The position numbers and the translations under genes are program-made. From the NCBI GenBank assembly GCA_030550585.1, contig JAUQPB010000002.1, positions 128,001-192,000 of the forward strand: a DNA stretch of 64,000 nucleotides. Direction: 5' to 3'. This DNA is from Thermoproteota archaeon (GTDB lineage Archaea; Thermoproteota; Thermoprotei_A; Sulfolobales; Ignisphaeraceae). This document shows positions 52,142-62,352 of this stretch, piece after piece (positions within the stretch are counted from its first letter, which is position 1; each line of letters opens with the position of its first letter). The notes under the pieces are model-generated. The model was not told the DNA's origin. It did not search any database and saw only the letters and a list, made by a program, of their open reading frames with translations.

Positions 52142-53264
52142 TAGAGTTCACCGCATATACAATATCATCCCCGTTTATTACATATGGTGGCAGCAGCCTT
52201 AACACTGTTACACCTGCTTTTAAGGCAAGCAATCCACTGTTTTGCAAACATTTTATAATCTTCGTAGGCTCTATTCTAAGATCAATACCTATCATAAGAC
52301 CAGAGCCCCTAACCTCTCTGACAATTCTATATCCACTCAGTTTCTTTCTAAGCATATCAATCAGCTGAGACCCTTTTTCAGCAGCCTTCAATGGTACAGA
52401 ATCTTGGATAAGCACTTCTGTTGCAGCCTTTACAGCAGCGCAGGCTAGTGGGTTTCCTCCATATGTTGATCCATGGGTTCCCGACTCTAGTTTGGAGGTA
52501 ATATCAGATGGTAAAAACGCTACACTAACCGGAAATCCGCCACCAATTGCCTTGCCTGCCAACAGGATGTCGGGTACTATATTATATTGTTCAAATGTCC
52601 ATGTAGAGCCTGTTCTACCAAAACCGGTCTGGATCTCATCTACTATGAGAATAGAGCCTGTTTCAAGGGTTCTTCTCCTAACCTCTTTAGCGAATTCTTT
52701 TGATGCTATGTTTACTCCACCCTCTCCCTGAATTAGCTCAACTATTACAGCAGCAGTCTCATTATCTACAATCTTCTCTAGACCCTCTACATCATTAAAC
52801 TTAGCCTGTACAGCATCTGCAAGTAACGGCTCTACACCTCTCCTATACTTAGCATTTGATGTAACTGACAACGCGCCGAATGTCCTTCCATGAAACGAGT
52901 TAGTGAAATAAACAATCTTTTTTCTTCCAGTAGCCTTTCTAGCGACTTTTAACGAAAAGTCTACGATCTCGCTACCACTATTCAGTAGATAGACATACTC
53001 AAATTTTTCTGGAACAATCTTTGATAGGACATCGAGCATCTCATCTCTTATCTTTATTCTAAAGGAAGTTGATAGGGTGTAGACCTTGTTTAACTGTTCT
53101 ATCAATGCATTGACTATATGTGGATTTCTATGCCCTAGAAACGCCACGCCATGCCCTGTATGCATATCTAGATATCTCTTGCCATTGACATCCCATAGGT
53201 ATTGGCCCTCTGCATAGGCTATTTCCAAGCCTCTATCTTCATAGAACATAAGGTATTTTAGCAA
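52110..53264 (-). CDS. lysJ: [LysW]-aminoadipate/glutamate semialdehyde transaminase
   Basis: FHGRT, DEIQTGFGRTG, GKAIGGG, HGSTYGGNP. Confidence 0.9.
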   Translation of the reverse strand: MLKYLMFYEDRGLEIAYAEGQYLWDVNGKRYLDMHTGHGVAFLGHRNPHIVNALIEQLNKVYTLSTSFRIKIRDEMLDVLSKIVPEKFEYVYLLNSGSEIVDFSLKVARKATGRKKIVYFTNSFHGRTFGALSVTSNAKYRRGVEPLLADAVQAKFNDVEGLEKIVDNETAAVIVELIQGEGGVNIASKEFAKEVRRRTLETGSILIVDEIQTGFGRTGSTWTFEQYNIVPDILLAGKAIGGGFPVSVAFLPSDITSKLESGTHGSTYGGNPLACAAVKAATEVLIQDSVPLKAAEKGSQLIDMLRKKLSGYRIVREVRGSGLMIGIDLRIEPTKIIKCLQNSGLLALKAGVTVLRLLPPYVINGDDIVYAVNSIGKCIEEASS

Positions 53265-53302
53265 CTAGCTTTCACCATATCATTTCATAGTTTATAATTG
53301 CC

Positions 53303-54175
53303 TCACTTCTTTAACTGGCTTTTAACATATTCCATGATCTTCAAATGTAGTTTATAGCCAGTGGCGGCCACAGTATTCTTGAATTCTGGCACAGCATTAA
53401 TTTCATTGACTATGTAGCCTCTGTCCCTATCCTCAAAAACGTCTATACCAGCAATCTCTATACCAATGAGTTTGGCTACTTTCAAAACAAGCTCCCGGAG
53501 CTCATCATCTATCTTAGCAGGCTCTGCTTTGCCACCTCTCGCAGTATTTGTTATCCAGTGGCTACTCACTCTATAAATAGCTACGGGAACCTCATCACCA
53601 ACGACAAAAACTCTTATATCTCTATTGGGTTTATTAACAAATTCTTGTAGCATGTGAACCTTCATCGACGGGTTGGGTATGTAGCTCCTATGCTCAAGTA
53701 TTGCTCTAAGCTCTTCCTCATCTCTTGCCATAGCTATTAATCTTCCCCAACTACCGTCAATGGGCTTTAAAACTATTGGATATCCTAGTATCTGAGCATA
53801 CTTAAAACATGCTTCATCGCTAAACGCAACCAAAGTTCTTGGTGTTTTTATCCCGTATCTAGAGAGAATTGACAGTGTCCACAGTTTATTCATTGCAATG
53901 GACGTTGACATGGAGTTGTTTATCACTCTAACCCCGAGGGATTCTAGAGCAATAGTAGAGTTTAATGCAATTGTATGGCTTATAGCTCTTTGTAATGCAA
54001 TTTCAGCATTTGTTTTTAGAACATCTTTTAGTCCGTTAGATCCAACTTGAATAGCTGTGCTATATAAGTGAACGGGCTCCACATCCAAATCAATTTCTTT
54101 GGCTACATCAAGAAGGGCTTTTTCTTCCCACCTAATAACTTCATAAACTAGTAGAACTCTGGCAATAAACCCCAC
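53303..54175 (-). CDS. lysX: LysX/ArgX ATP-grasp LysW ligase
   Basis: KPIDGSWGR, AIYR...WITNTARGG, EFKN. Confidence 0.9.
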   Translation of the reverse strand: MGFIARVLLVYEVIRWEEKALLDVAKEIDLDVEPVHLYSTAIQVGSNGLKDVLKTNAEIALQRAISHTIALNSTIALESLGVRVINNSMSTSIAMNKLWTLSILSRYGIKTPRTLVAFSDEACFKYAQILGYPIVLKPIDGSWGRLIAMARDEEELRAILEHRSYIPNPSMKVHMLQEFVNKPNRDIRVFVVGDEVPVAIYRVSSHWITNTARGGKAEPAKIDDELRELVLKVAKLIGIEIAGIDVFEDRDRGYIVNEINAVPEFKNTVAATGYKLHLKIMEYVKSQLKK

Positions 54176-54180
54176 CCTTG

Positions 54181-54363
54181 TTACTCTCCCCAGTCCTCAC
54201 CTACGCCTTCTAAAGGCTTCACTTTTATAGTTTCTCCGTCTTTGACAACCTCTAAAGTCACTCCGCAGTCGTGTTCTACAACCTCGCCGGGCATAACGTC
54301 GTCTGGCAAGGTTACTTCACCACCGCATACAGGACATTTTGCTTTTATCATGTTTTTAACCAC
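54181..54363 (-). CDS. lysW: Amino-group carrier protein LysW
   Basis: CPVCG zinc ribbon and C-terminal EDWGE. Confidence 0.95.
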   Translation of the reverse strand: MVKNMIKAKCPVCGGEVTLPDDVMPGEVVEHDCGVTLEVVKDGETIKVKPLEGVGEDWGE

Positions 54364-54383
54364 CTATCAAATATTTTTGCTGA

Positions 54384-54470
54384 AACCCAGCTTATGGGTT
54401 GCAGGGAATATATACAGTATGCTAATGTCTATGTGCGGACTCATATAAAGATCTATTTTAGGGTCCGCAC
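54384..54470. promoter_or_regulatory. Inverted repeats in the divergent lysW/lysY promoter region
   Basis: AACCCA-N5-TGGGTT (54384-54400) and GTGCGGAC-N22-GTCCGCAC (54433-54470). Confidence 0.4.
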
Positions 54471-54559
54471 TTACATCATATCTTAACAGTATAAAAACTG
54501 CTCTACAAAGATAAGTTAGCAGGTTCAATATTATGTAATGCAATGTGGGTTGATAAGCA

Positions 54560-55624
54560 ATGTCGTCAAATAAAAAGAGGGTATGTGTAATAGGTGCGTC
54601 AGGATATACTGGTGGGGAGCTGCTAAGGCTGCTAGCATATCATCCAAATGTAGAGGTAACTATGGCAACATCTAGAGAGTATGTGGGTAAGCCTGTTCAC
54701 TATGTTCACTTTAATCTAAGAGGTATCTATAGAAATCTGAAATTTGTTGAACTCAATCTCGATTTGGTGTCGAAAAACTGTGATGCAGTATTTCTCTCTC
54801 TTCCACATGGGGTATCGCTAAACTATGTACCAAAGATATTGGAAATGGGGATAACAGTCATTGATTTGAGTGCTGACTTTAGGTTGAAGAATCCTGAGCT
54901 ATACAAGATTTGGTATGGTTTTGAGCATCCATATCCAGATCTGCTTAACAAAGCTGTTTATGGTTTGCCAGAGATTCATAGAGATGAGCTTAGAAATGCA
55001 AAGCTTGTGGCTTCTCCTGGATGCAATGCAACGGCAGGGATACTATCTCTATTGCCACTAGTCAAAAACAATATAATATTTTTGGATAGGATAGTTATAG
55101 ACGTTAAAGTTGGTAGTAGTGAGGCTGGTTCAAAACCATCTATATCTGATCATCATCCAGAAAGAGAAGGATGTATAAGACCGTACGACGCAGATGGGCA
55201 TAGACACGCTGCTGAGGTTGAGCAAGAGCTTTCATTAGTGTCCAACAAACGTGTGGTTGTTTCAATGGTTCCACATGCCGTGGGAAGCATAAGAGGTGCA
55301 CTAGCCTCTTCCCATGCTTGGCTTACACAAAACCTAGATGATATGGAGTTGTTGAAGGTTTATGTAGCTACGTACAGAAATGAACCATTCATTAGAATAG
55401 TCTACAAGGTGCCGCCAGGCTATCCCGATCCAAAGTATGTTATAGGTAGTAACTATGCTGATGTAGGATTTGCTGTAGAGAGAAGGGTTGGAAGAATAAC
55501 ATCGTTTGCAGCAATAGATAACCTTGTTAAGGGTGCAGCAGGCCAGGCTATACAAGCATTTAACATCGCTATGGGATTTGAAGAAACAGCTGGATTGCTT
55601 ATAGTGCCACCAAAGCCCGCTTAG
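54560..55624 (+). CDS. lysY: [LysW]-phosphate reductase (ArgC family)
   Basis: GASGYTGGEL, DLSADFRL, PGCNAT, IDNLVKGAAGQA. Confidence 0.93.
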   Translation: MSSNKKRVCVIGASGYTGGELLRLLAYHPNVEVTMATSREYVGKPVHYVHFNLRGIYRNLKFVELNLDLVSKNCDAVFLSLPHGVSLNYVPKILEMGITVIDLSADFRLKNPELYKIWYGFEHPYPDLLNKAVYGLPEIHRDELRNAKLVASPGCNATAGILSLLPLVKNNIIFLDRIVIDVKVGSSEAGSKPSISDHHPEREGCIRPYDADGHRHAAEVEQELSLVSNKRVVVSMVPHAVGSIRGALASSHAWLTQNLDDMELLKVYVATYRNEPFIRIVYKVPPGYPDPKYVIGSNYADVGFAVERRVGRITSFAAIDNLVKGAAGQAIQAFNIAMGFEETAGLLIVPPKPA

Positions 55625-55628
55625 GTGA

Positions 55629-56438
55629 ATGCCGATGGTCATAGTAGTCAAAGTTGGTGGCAGAGCCCTCAATAAAAATCTAGATGGGATTGTCAAGGAT
55701 TTGGCAGAGGTGAGTAAGAAGGAAAAGGTGGTCTTTGTTCATGGAGGTGGGGATATAGTTACAGAATACAGTAAGAGGCTTGGAATAGAGCCAAAGTTTG
55801 TTATATCTCCAGAGGGGATTAGAAGCAGGTATACGGATGAGAAGGAGCTCGAGGTATACGTAATGGTTATGGCGGGAAAAATAAACAAGACTATAGTGTC
55901 AAAATTGCAAGCTTTAAACGTTTCAGCAATAGGTATAACAGGAGCTGATGGACCGACGTTAATAGCGGAGAGAAAGAAAAGGATAATAATCGTTGATGAA
56001 CGGGGTAGGAAAAGGGTTATAGATGGAGGATATACAGGGAGGATAATAAGAGCCGAGACAAAGCTTCTGCAAACACTATTGGATAGTGGATTCACGGTAG
56101 TTGTGGCGCCAATAGCTATAGACAATGAGGGCACACTTCTAAATGTAGATGGAGATCAAGCTGCATATGCTATTGCAACAGCTTTAAAGGCCACGGATTT
56201 GATCATTCTATCAGATGTCGAGGGCGTAATAATAGACAACAATGTTGTAAAGGAGATAAAATCTTCTCTTGTAGAGAAGATTATTGAGAAAATAGGTCCT
56301 GGAATGAATAGAAAGGTTATGCTAGCTGGCAAAGCTGTAGATGAGGGAGTTGGAAGAGCAATAATAGCCTCTGGCGTCGTCGAGAACCCAATAGTAAATG
56401 CGTTGAATGGGGGAGGGACTGTGATAATTAAGGGATAA
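55629..56438 (+). CDS. lysZ: [LysW]-aminoadipate/glutamate kinase (ArgB family)
   Basis: VVKVGG, VHGGG, SRYTD, GGYTG, LNVDGD. Confidence 0.92.
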   Translation: MPMVIVVKVGGRALNKNLDGIVKDLAEVSKKEKVVFVHGGGDIVTEYSKRLGIEPKFVISPEGIRSRYTDEKELEVYVMVMAGKINKTIVSKLQALNVSAIGITGADGPTLIAERKKRIIIVDERGRKRVIDGGYTGRIIRAETKLLQTLLDSGFTVVVAPIAIDNEGTLLNVDGDQAAYAIATALKATDLIILSDVEGVIIDNNVVKEIKSSLVEKIIEKIGPGMNRKVMLAGKAVDEGVGRAIIASGVVENPIVNALNGGGTVIIKG

Positions 56439-56443
56439 AATAG

Positions 56444-56863
56444 ATGCCTCTAGATGAACTAGATCTAAAGCTATTAAGACTACTTAAAGAAAATGCACGT
56501 ACACCATATTCAAAACTAGCAAAAGAACTTGGAATAAGCGAGTCGGCTGTTAGAAAAAGAATTTCGAGACTTATAAAAACCGGTATAATAAAAAAGATGA
56601 CTATTGAATACGAGCTTGAAAACGAGGTTAAAGCAATTATTTTAGTGAAGACCCAGCCTCCAATCCCAGTGCCCGAAGTGTCAAAAAATATTCTGAAAAT
56701 ACCTGGGGTCGAGGCTGTATATGAACTAACAGGCGAATATGATATTCTTGCTATAATTAGAGCCTCAGGTGTAGATATGATCAACAAGTTCATAGACGAA
56801 ATCCGCACCATTCCAGGAGTCATAAGCACGTATACAATGATAGTATTACGTACATGGGTCTAG
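56444..56863 (+). CDS. lysM: Lrp/AsnC regulator LysM
   Basis: LDELD...NAR.PYS.LA.ELGISESAVRKR HTH; lysYZM gene order as in Sulfolobales. Confidence 0.85.
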   Translation: MPLDELDLKLLRLLKENARTPYSKLAKELGISESAVRKRISRLIKTGIIKKMTIEYELENEVKAIILVKTQPPIPVPEVSKNILKIPGVEAVYELTGEYDILAIIRASGVDMINKFIDEIRTIPGVISTYTMIVLRTWV

Positions 56864-57309
56864 ACCGCCCCAGCTTCCATAAAGCTTTTAAACTTGTACA
56901 AACAGATTTAAGACAAGCTTTACACCCGATCAACATAAAGTTAGGGGTGTTATGATGCGCCAAACAGGTTAGTATTTTATGAAGCAATGGATTTGGATAT
57001 CAGATCAGATTGTAGAGAATTGAGTATATGGGGGAATAGAAAGAAGCTCTTATTCTCCTCCTGTCTAAATTGGGTTAAACGCATATATGCGCTACCACAT
57101 ACCAATATTGTTTTAGATAACTATTTAAGAAAGTTAGAAAAGGTTTTGCTAACAAAAGATAGTGTGCGGAGGTGGGGCAAGATGTTACCATTGAGAACGC
57201 TGACAAATATGTTATTACATAGAGAAAAGACATTTTATTTACAAGCTTGGTGTAAGCCCATCTTTCATTTATTGATGTTTGAAATAGGAGGTTGGTAGGG
57301 GGTGAGATT

Positions 57310-58344
57310 ATGAGAAATGTGAATGTTGTTGTTATGGGTTTTGGTAATGTGGGAAGAGCATTTGTTAAAGTAGTGTCTCTAAAGAGGAAGATGATTGCTG
57401 AAAAGTATGGGATAAACATAAATATTGTGGCTGTTGGTGATTCGAAGGGTGTTGCGATAAAGAAGGAGGGGTTTGATGAATATGAGCTACTTAAGATGAG
57501 TGAATTGCCGAGATCCAGTCTCCATATGTTTGCTCCCTATGGTAGGCAAGAAGTGGATATTAAAGAAGTTTACAGGGAGACAGAACCGCATATACATGTC
57601 GAGCTGACACCTGCAAACTATCTTACTGGAGAACCCGGCTATTCAAACATATTATTTGCATTGAGAAACAATGCACATGTCGTGACAGCCAACAAGGCAC
57701 CTCTGGTGCTTCACTATAGCGAAATTATGAATGAGGCTAGGTCTAGGGGATTATCAGTAAGGTTTAGAGCGACTGTTATGGGTGGGACACCCTTCTTAGA
57801 AATGTTAAGCAGTATGAAGAGTCATGATATTGAAAGGGTTGAGGGGATATTAAATGCAACCACAAACTACATATTAACGGAGATGCACGAGAATCTGGTA
57901 GACTTTGAACAAGCTCTTAAAAAGGCTCAGGCAATAGGTGTGGCTGAAGCTGATCCAACACTAGATATCGAAGGATTTGATGCAGCAGCAAAGCTGTGCA
58001 TAATCTCTCATGTCATAGGCAAGCCAATCAATATGAATAGTGTATATAGAGAAAGCTTGTCGAAAGTTACATTAAAAGATGTATTGGATGCTGTTAGGCA
58101 AGGGCAAGTCATCAAATATGTTGCACTTCTTGATACACAAAATAAAGTGGCTTCGGTAAAAATTGTGCGGTTGCCTAAAGACAATATACTGGCTCAGGTT
58201 GGTGGAGTTCTAAATGCAGTAAGGGTGAAAACTGATGCCACAGAGCTATTCTTTGTTGGTAAAGGTGGAGGAAGGATTGAGACAGCACACTCTGTTTTCG
58301 ACGATGTGTTATCAATAGTTCTGGAGAAGGTGATTGGCAAATGA
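57310..58344 (+). CDS. hom: Homoserine dehydrogenase
   Basis: GFGNVG, VVTANK, GILNATTNYIL, AEADP..DIEGFDAAAK. Confidence 0.93.
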   Translation: MRNVNVVVMGFGNVGRAFVKVVSLKRKMIAEKYGININIVAVGDSKGVAIKKEGFDEYELLKMSELPRSSLHMFAPYGRQEVDIKEVYRETEPHIHVELTPANYLTGEPGYSNILFALRNNAHVVTANKAPLVLHYSEIMNEARSRGLSVRFRATVMGGTPFLEMLSSMKSHDIERVEGILNATTNYILTEMHENLVDFEQALKKAQAIGVAEADPTLDIEGFDAAAKLCIISHVIGKPINMNSVYRESLSKVTLKDVLDAVRQGQVIKYVALLDTQNKVASVKIVRLPKDNILAQVGGVLNAVRVKTDATELFFVGKGGGRIETAHSVFDDVLSIVLEKVIGK

Positions 58345-59480
58345 AAGAGAGAAGAAGCTTATGTGTTGTTAAAGTTGGTGGGTCGCTACTTAGGGATGGA
58401 AGATCATACATAGAATCAGCTGAAAACATTAAAAAGACATTCGTCGACGCAGATAGGTTGCCCATAGTAGTTGTTAGTGCTGCTAAGGGTGTTACAGATC
58501 TTTTAATTGAGGTTGCAAAAGGCTCTAAGAAGCATCTAGAGGCTGTAACCGAAAAATACTTATCCATTGCAAGCGAATTTTCATCCCCCAAATTGTCTAG
58601 GCGTGTTCACGAGGAGCTTGAACATTTGAAAAGAGTGGCTAATACCATATCTGGAAGCTTCGATGCCGCATTACAAGACCTTATAGTCTCTTTCGGTGAG
58701 AGGATCAGTAAAATACTCATGGTGGAGGCTCTTGAACATGTCAACGTTAGGGCAGTAGAGTTGAATGCGAGGGAACTTATAATAACAAATAATATTCATG
58801 GAGATGCATCCATAGATTATGTTGCAACAGCAAACAATTTAGAGAAAATAGTTAAACCAATCTTAGAAACCTCGGCAACGCCTGTCATAGAGGGTTTCAT
58901 AGGGGCTACCGAAGATGGTGCAGTAACTACTCTAGGCAGGGGAGGATCCGACTATACAGCAACGGCAATAGCATCTCTTCTAGGCATAGACGATGTTTAC
59001 CTGGTTACAGAGGTTGACGGCATTATGACGGCTGATCCAGCGCTAATACCGTCTGCCAAAATAATTAAGGTGCTGAGTTATAGAGAGGCTATGGAGGCAG
59101 CGTTACACGGTGCAAAAAGAATCAATCCAAAGGCTTTCGAACCTCTTGAAAAGTTCTATGGTTCAACGGTTTTCATAGGGAGCTGGAGAACATTTGGTAC
59201 AAAAATCCAACGGGAGTTGCCCGCGGATTTAGCAGGGCCCAAACTGGTTATGCATAAAACTTCTGGCGATATACCATACATTGCTATTATTGGCGAAGGT
59301 GTTGGAAACACAAAGTTTTTGAAGATGATAATCGATATATTCTATGAAAAGGCTTTTAGCATTCTCGGTATACAGTCATACTATTATAGACCATCTATAT
59401 TGGTATATGTGCAAAAAACCGAGGAACTAAAAATTTTAAGAGAGCTTCACAAAAGTTTGTTTGAGGGAGCCAAACCATGA
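58341..59480 (+). CDS. lysC: Aspartate kinase
   Basis: VKVGGS, VVVSA, SFGE, TTLGRGGSDYTA. Confidence 0.92.
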   Translation: MKERRSLCVVKVGGSLLRDGRSYIESAENIKKTFVDADRLPIVVVSAAKGVTDLLIEVAKGSKKHLEAVTEKYLSIASEFSSPKLSRRVHEELEHLKRVANTISGSFDAALQDLIVSFGERISKILMVEALEHVNVRAVELNARELIITNNIHGDASIDYVATANNLEKIVKPILETSATPVIEGFIGATEDGAVTTLGRGGSDYTATAIASLLGIDDVYLVTEVDGIMTADPALIPSAKIIKVLSYREAMEAALHGAKRINPKAFEPLEKFYGSTVFIGSWRTFGTKIQRELPADLAGPKLVMHKTSGDIPYIAIIGEGVGNTKFLKMIIDIFYEKAFSILGIQSYYYRPSILVYVQKTEELKILRELHKSLFEGAKP

Positions 59481-60541
59481 AGAGGAGGGTAGCCGTTTTA
59501 GGAGCCACAGGCATTGTTGGGCAAAGATTTGTTCAATTGCTAGCTGAACATCCATGGTTTGACCTCGAACTCTTAATGGCTTCAGAGAGAAGTGCGGGTA
59601 AGAGGTATGCAGAGGCTGTTCACTGGGTCTTGGAAAAGCCTATGCCAAGGATAGCATACGAATTGCAATTGCATCCAATCGATATAGAGATGCTAAGCAA
59701 GGAGAAGATAGACATTGTTTTTACAGCGCTTCCAGCTGACGTTGCAAGAGATTTAGAGCCTCAGATTGCTAGAAAAGGAATTGTTGTGGTGTCTAATGCA
59801 AGTTCAATGAGGCTTGAGCCAGACATTCCACTTCTGAATCCAGAAGTTAATGCTGATCATGTTGAGGTCTTAGAGGCCCAGAAAAGGGTTAGGGGGTGGA
59901 GCGGGGTAATAGCGAAGGTGCCAAATTGTACTACAGCAATACTCACACTAACGCTCAAACCATTGGTAGACGAATTTGGGATCAGAAGAGTTGTGGTTTC
60001 GACAATGCAGGCACTTTCTGGCGCTGGATTGACAGGAGTACCATCTATGTTCATTTTAGATAATCTAATTCCATATATAGAAGGTGAGGAAGAAAAGGTT
60101 GAAAATGAGTCTAAAAAGATTTTGGGATCTGTAAAAAGTGGTAGAATAGAGTTTAACAATAATGTAGAGGTTACAGCCAGTTGCCACAGGGTGATGGTTC
60201 TAGATGGCCATACAGAGGCCGTGTTTGTTGAACTGAATAGAAAAGCATCTGTAGATGAGGTGGCAAAGGCTTTGGAGGAATTCAAAGGGAACAAGATCCG
60301 CGGTCTAGATCTTCCAACAGCACCTTCGAAACCTGTTGTAGTGAGAAAAGAAGTTGATAGGCCACAGCCAAGACTGGACAGAATGGAGGGAAATGGCATG
60401 AGTGTTGTTGTCGGTAGAATAAGAGAGGATAAAGTATTAAATGGGGTAAAATATGTTGTTGTTGGCAACAATACGATTAGAGGGGCTGCAGGCAACGGCG
60501 TTCTAATCGCAGAACTTTTAGTGAGGAAGGGATACGCGTAA
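59477..60541 (+). CDS. asd: Aspartate-semialdehyde dehydrogenase
   Basis: LGATGIVGQ, PNCTT, QALSGAG, RPQPRLDR, NTIRGAAG. Confidence 0.95.
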   Translation: MKRRVAVLGATGIVGQRFVQLLAEHPWFDLELLMASERSAGKRYAEAVHWVLEKPMPRIAYELQLHPIDIEMLSKEKIDIVFTALPADVARDLEPQIARKGIVVVSNASSMRLEPDIPLLNPEVNADHVEVLEAQKRVRGWSGVIAKVPNCTTAILTLTLKPLVDEFGIRRVVVSTMQALSGAGLTGVPSMFILDNLIPYIEGEEEKVENESKKILGSVKSGRIEFNNNVEVTASCHRVMVLDGHTEAVFVELNRKASVDEVAKALEEFKGNKIRGLDLPTAPSKPVVVRKEVDRPQPRLDRMEGNGMSVVVGRIREDKVLNGVKYVVVGNNTIRGAAGNGVLIAELLVRKGYA

Positions 60542-60560
60542 ATAGCAATAGCAAGTGTAT

Positions 60561-61346
60561 TTACTGTTTCTCTTCAATGCTCTTCAAACTCTTTTGAATG
60601 GATGGTAATAATTGGCTTAGCTGATGTAACTGCACATTCAAGTTTTTCAATGTTTCAGCAATTTTGCGACTTTCTTCAATTGCATGAATCATGGTTTGCC
60701 TATGGACAATCATTTGAGCGATTCTTTTTATTGATGCGAATTTTTTGGCCCACTTGGGTATTACACCAGCCCCCCTCATTTCATCTAAACGCCTGGCAAG
60801 GGTATTGACATCGATGCCCAGCTTCTCACATGCTTCGTCAATTGTCTGTGAATTTGCTATAGCTTTTAAAACCTCGAGCCACTCTTGCTTAATGTTTATA
60901 GGCATTGTGAAGAGCAGCTCTAGAAAATCTGCAAAAGCGTTTTCAATAACCTCTCTAACAATTGTTTCTAGCTCTTCGCTATCGACTAAAAATACATCTG
61001 ACAACTCGATAACCTTGATCCCCAGTTTCTCAGCCAGCTCTTTTGCAGCATCGTCAGCAAAGCCTTTGCATACAACCATTGGTTTAACATTTTCAATAAT
61101 CGAATTCACGTAAACCTGTCTAATCCCACTAACATCAATTCTGCCAGCCTTTATTTCAACACCCCATTTATCGCCATTGGAATCCTCCACTATGGCATCG
61201 ATCTCTCCAACTTCAATACCGTTCACCAAAACCTTTTTCCTTGTCTCCAATATTCTAAACCCCAGCTCCTCGAGAACTCTCAGAGCGATTCTTTCACTGC
61301 TTAGCCATTTCCTCGATGGTGAAAGGGCTCCTCCTTTGTTACTCAA
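60561..61346 (-). CDS. RecB/restriction-endonuclease-like PD-(D/E)XK protein with C-terminal helical region
   Basis: SE...LEELGF, GEIDAI, VEIKAG, RQ.Y. Confidence 0.75.
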   Translation of the reverse strand: MSNKGGALSPSRKWLSSERIALRVLEELGFRILETRKKVLVNGIEVGEIDAIVEDSNGDKWGVEIKAGRIDVSGIRQVYVNSIIENVKPMVVCKGFADDAAKELAEKLGIKVIELSDVFLVDSEELETIVREVIENAFADFLELLFTMPINIKQEWLEVLKAIANSQTIDEACEKLGIDVNTLARRLDEMRGAGVIPKWAKKFASIKRIAQMIVHRQTMIHAIEESRKIAETLKNLNVQLHQLSQLLPSIQKSLKSIEEKQ

Positions 61347-61416
61347 CGCAACATCCCTTTGCTCTACCTTTTTGCTTTGCTCTATCTAATTAATAAGTGT
61401 TTGAGTATAAATATAG

Positions 61417-62352
61417 CTACCTTTGTGTATAGTCAAGATAGTACCAGCAACGAACAATTGATCCATTAAGTGCTGTGGGTGGCGGCATATGCTTTTTGCA
61501 TATATCTCTTGCCCATGGACATATTGGATTTATGGGACATCCAATTGTAGAGTACATCGGCTCTGCCACGGATTTGAATTTAGAGCTCTCAACAAGGATT
61601 TTTGTATATGGATGCAAGGGTTTTTCAACAATATTTTTTGTTGGCCCCTCTTCTATGAGGTAGCCGTTTAGCAGAACACCTATCCTATTGGAGATATACG
61701 AAACAACATTTAAATCATGAGAAACCATTATATAGGAGTACCCGAACATCTCCTTTAAATCCTTTAAAAGAGCCAGTATCTCAGACTGTGTAACTACATC
61801 TAGGTGAGATGTTGGCTCATCTAACAGCATAAGCCTAGGCTTTGTTATCAAAGCTCTTGCTATGGCAACTCTTTGCAACATTCCTCCGCTGAGTTGATGA
61901 GGATACTTGTTTGCAATCTGTTTATCTAGTCGAACCAATTCGAGTACATTTTCAACAGCTTGCTGAACAACTCTTTTAGATAAACCTTTTATTATAAGAG
62001 GCTCGCCGATTATATCCATTATCTTCATTCGTGGATCGACAGATGAAAAGGGGTCTTGAGGAACAAAACCGATTTTCCTAAGTACATCAACCTTTATCTT
62101 CCCATCATAATATAATTTTTCACCTTCAATATAGATTTCTCCTCTAAACGGTTTTACCAATCCTAGCAAGGCCTTCAATATAGTTGTCTTCCCGGAACCA
62201 CTAGCTCCGATCAATCCAAAGGACTCATTTCGATTAACACTAAATGAAACACCTTTAACTACAACATGTTTTGTTTTTCCCAAAAAACCAAACAGGCTTT
62301 CCTCATACGATACCCACAAATCTTCTACACGTACAATTTCTCTGCCCTCCAA
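61417..62352 (-). CDS. Opp/Dpp ABC ATPase (OppF-like)
   Basis: GASGSGKT, YPHQLSGG, HPYT, C-terminal Cys cluster. Confidence 0.9.
   Translation of the reverse strand: MEGREIVRVEDLWVSYEESLFGFLGKTKHVVVKGVSFSVNRNESFGLIGASGSGKTTILKALLGLVKPFRGEIYIEGEKLYYDGKIKVDVLRKIGFVPQDPFSSVDPRMKIMDIIGEPLIIKGLSKRVVQQAVENVLELVRLDKQIANKYPHQLSGGMLQRVAIARALITKPRLMLLDEPTSHLDVVTQSEILALLKDLKEMFGYSYIMVSHDLNVVSYISNRIGVLLNGYLIEEGPTKNIVEKPLHPYTKILVESSKFKSVAEPMYSTIGCPINPICPWARDICKKHMPPPTALNGSIVRCWYYLDYTQR

Noticed and set aside
56987-57419. ORFs 56987-57298 (+) and 57075-57419 (-)
   Set aside because: No recognisable motifs; the second overlaps hom on the antisense strand
61355-61385. Short direct repeat CTTTGCTCTA x2 upstream of the nuclease gene
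   Set aside because: Only two copies in low-complexity sequence; not CRISPR-like
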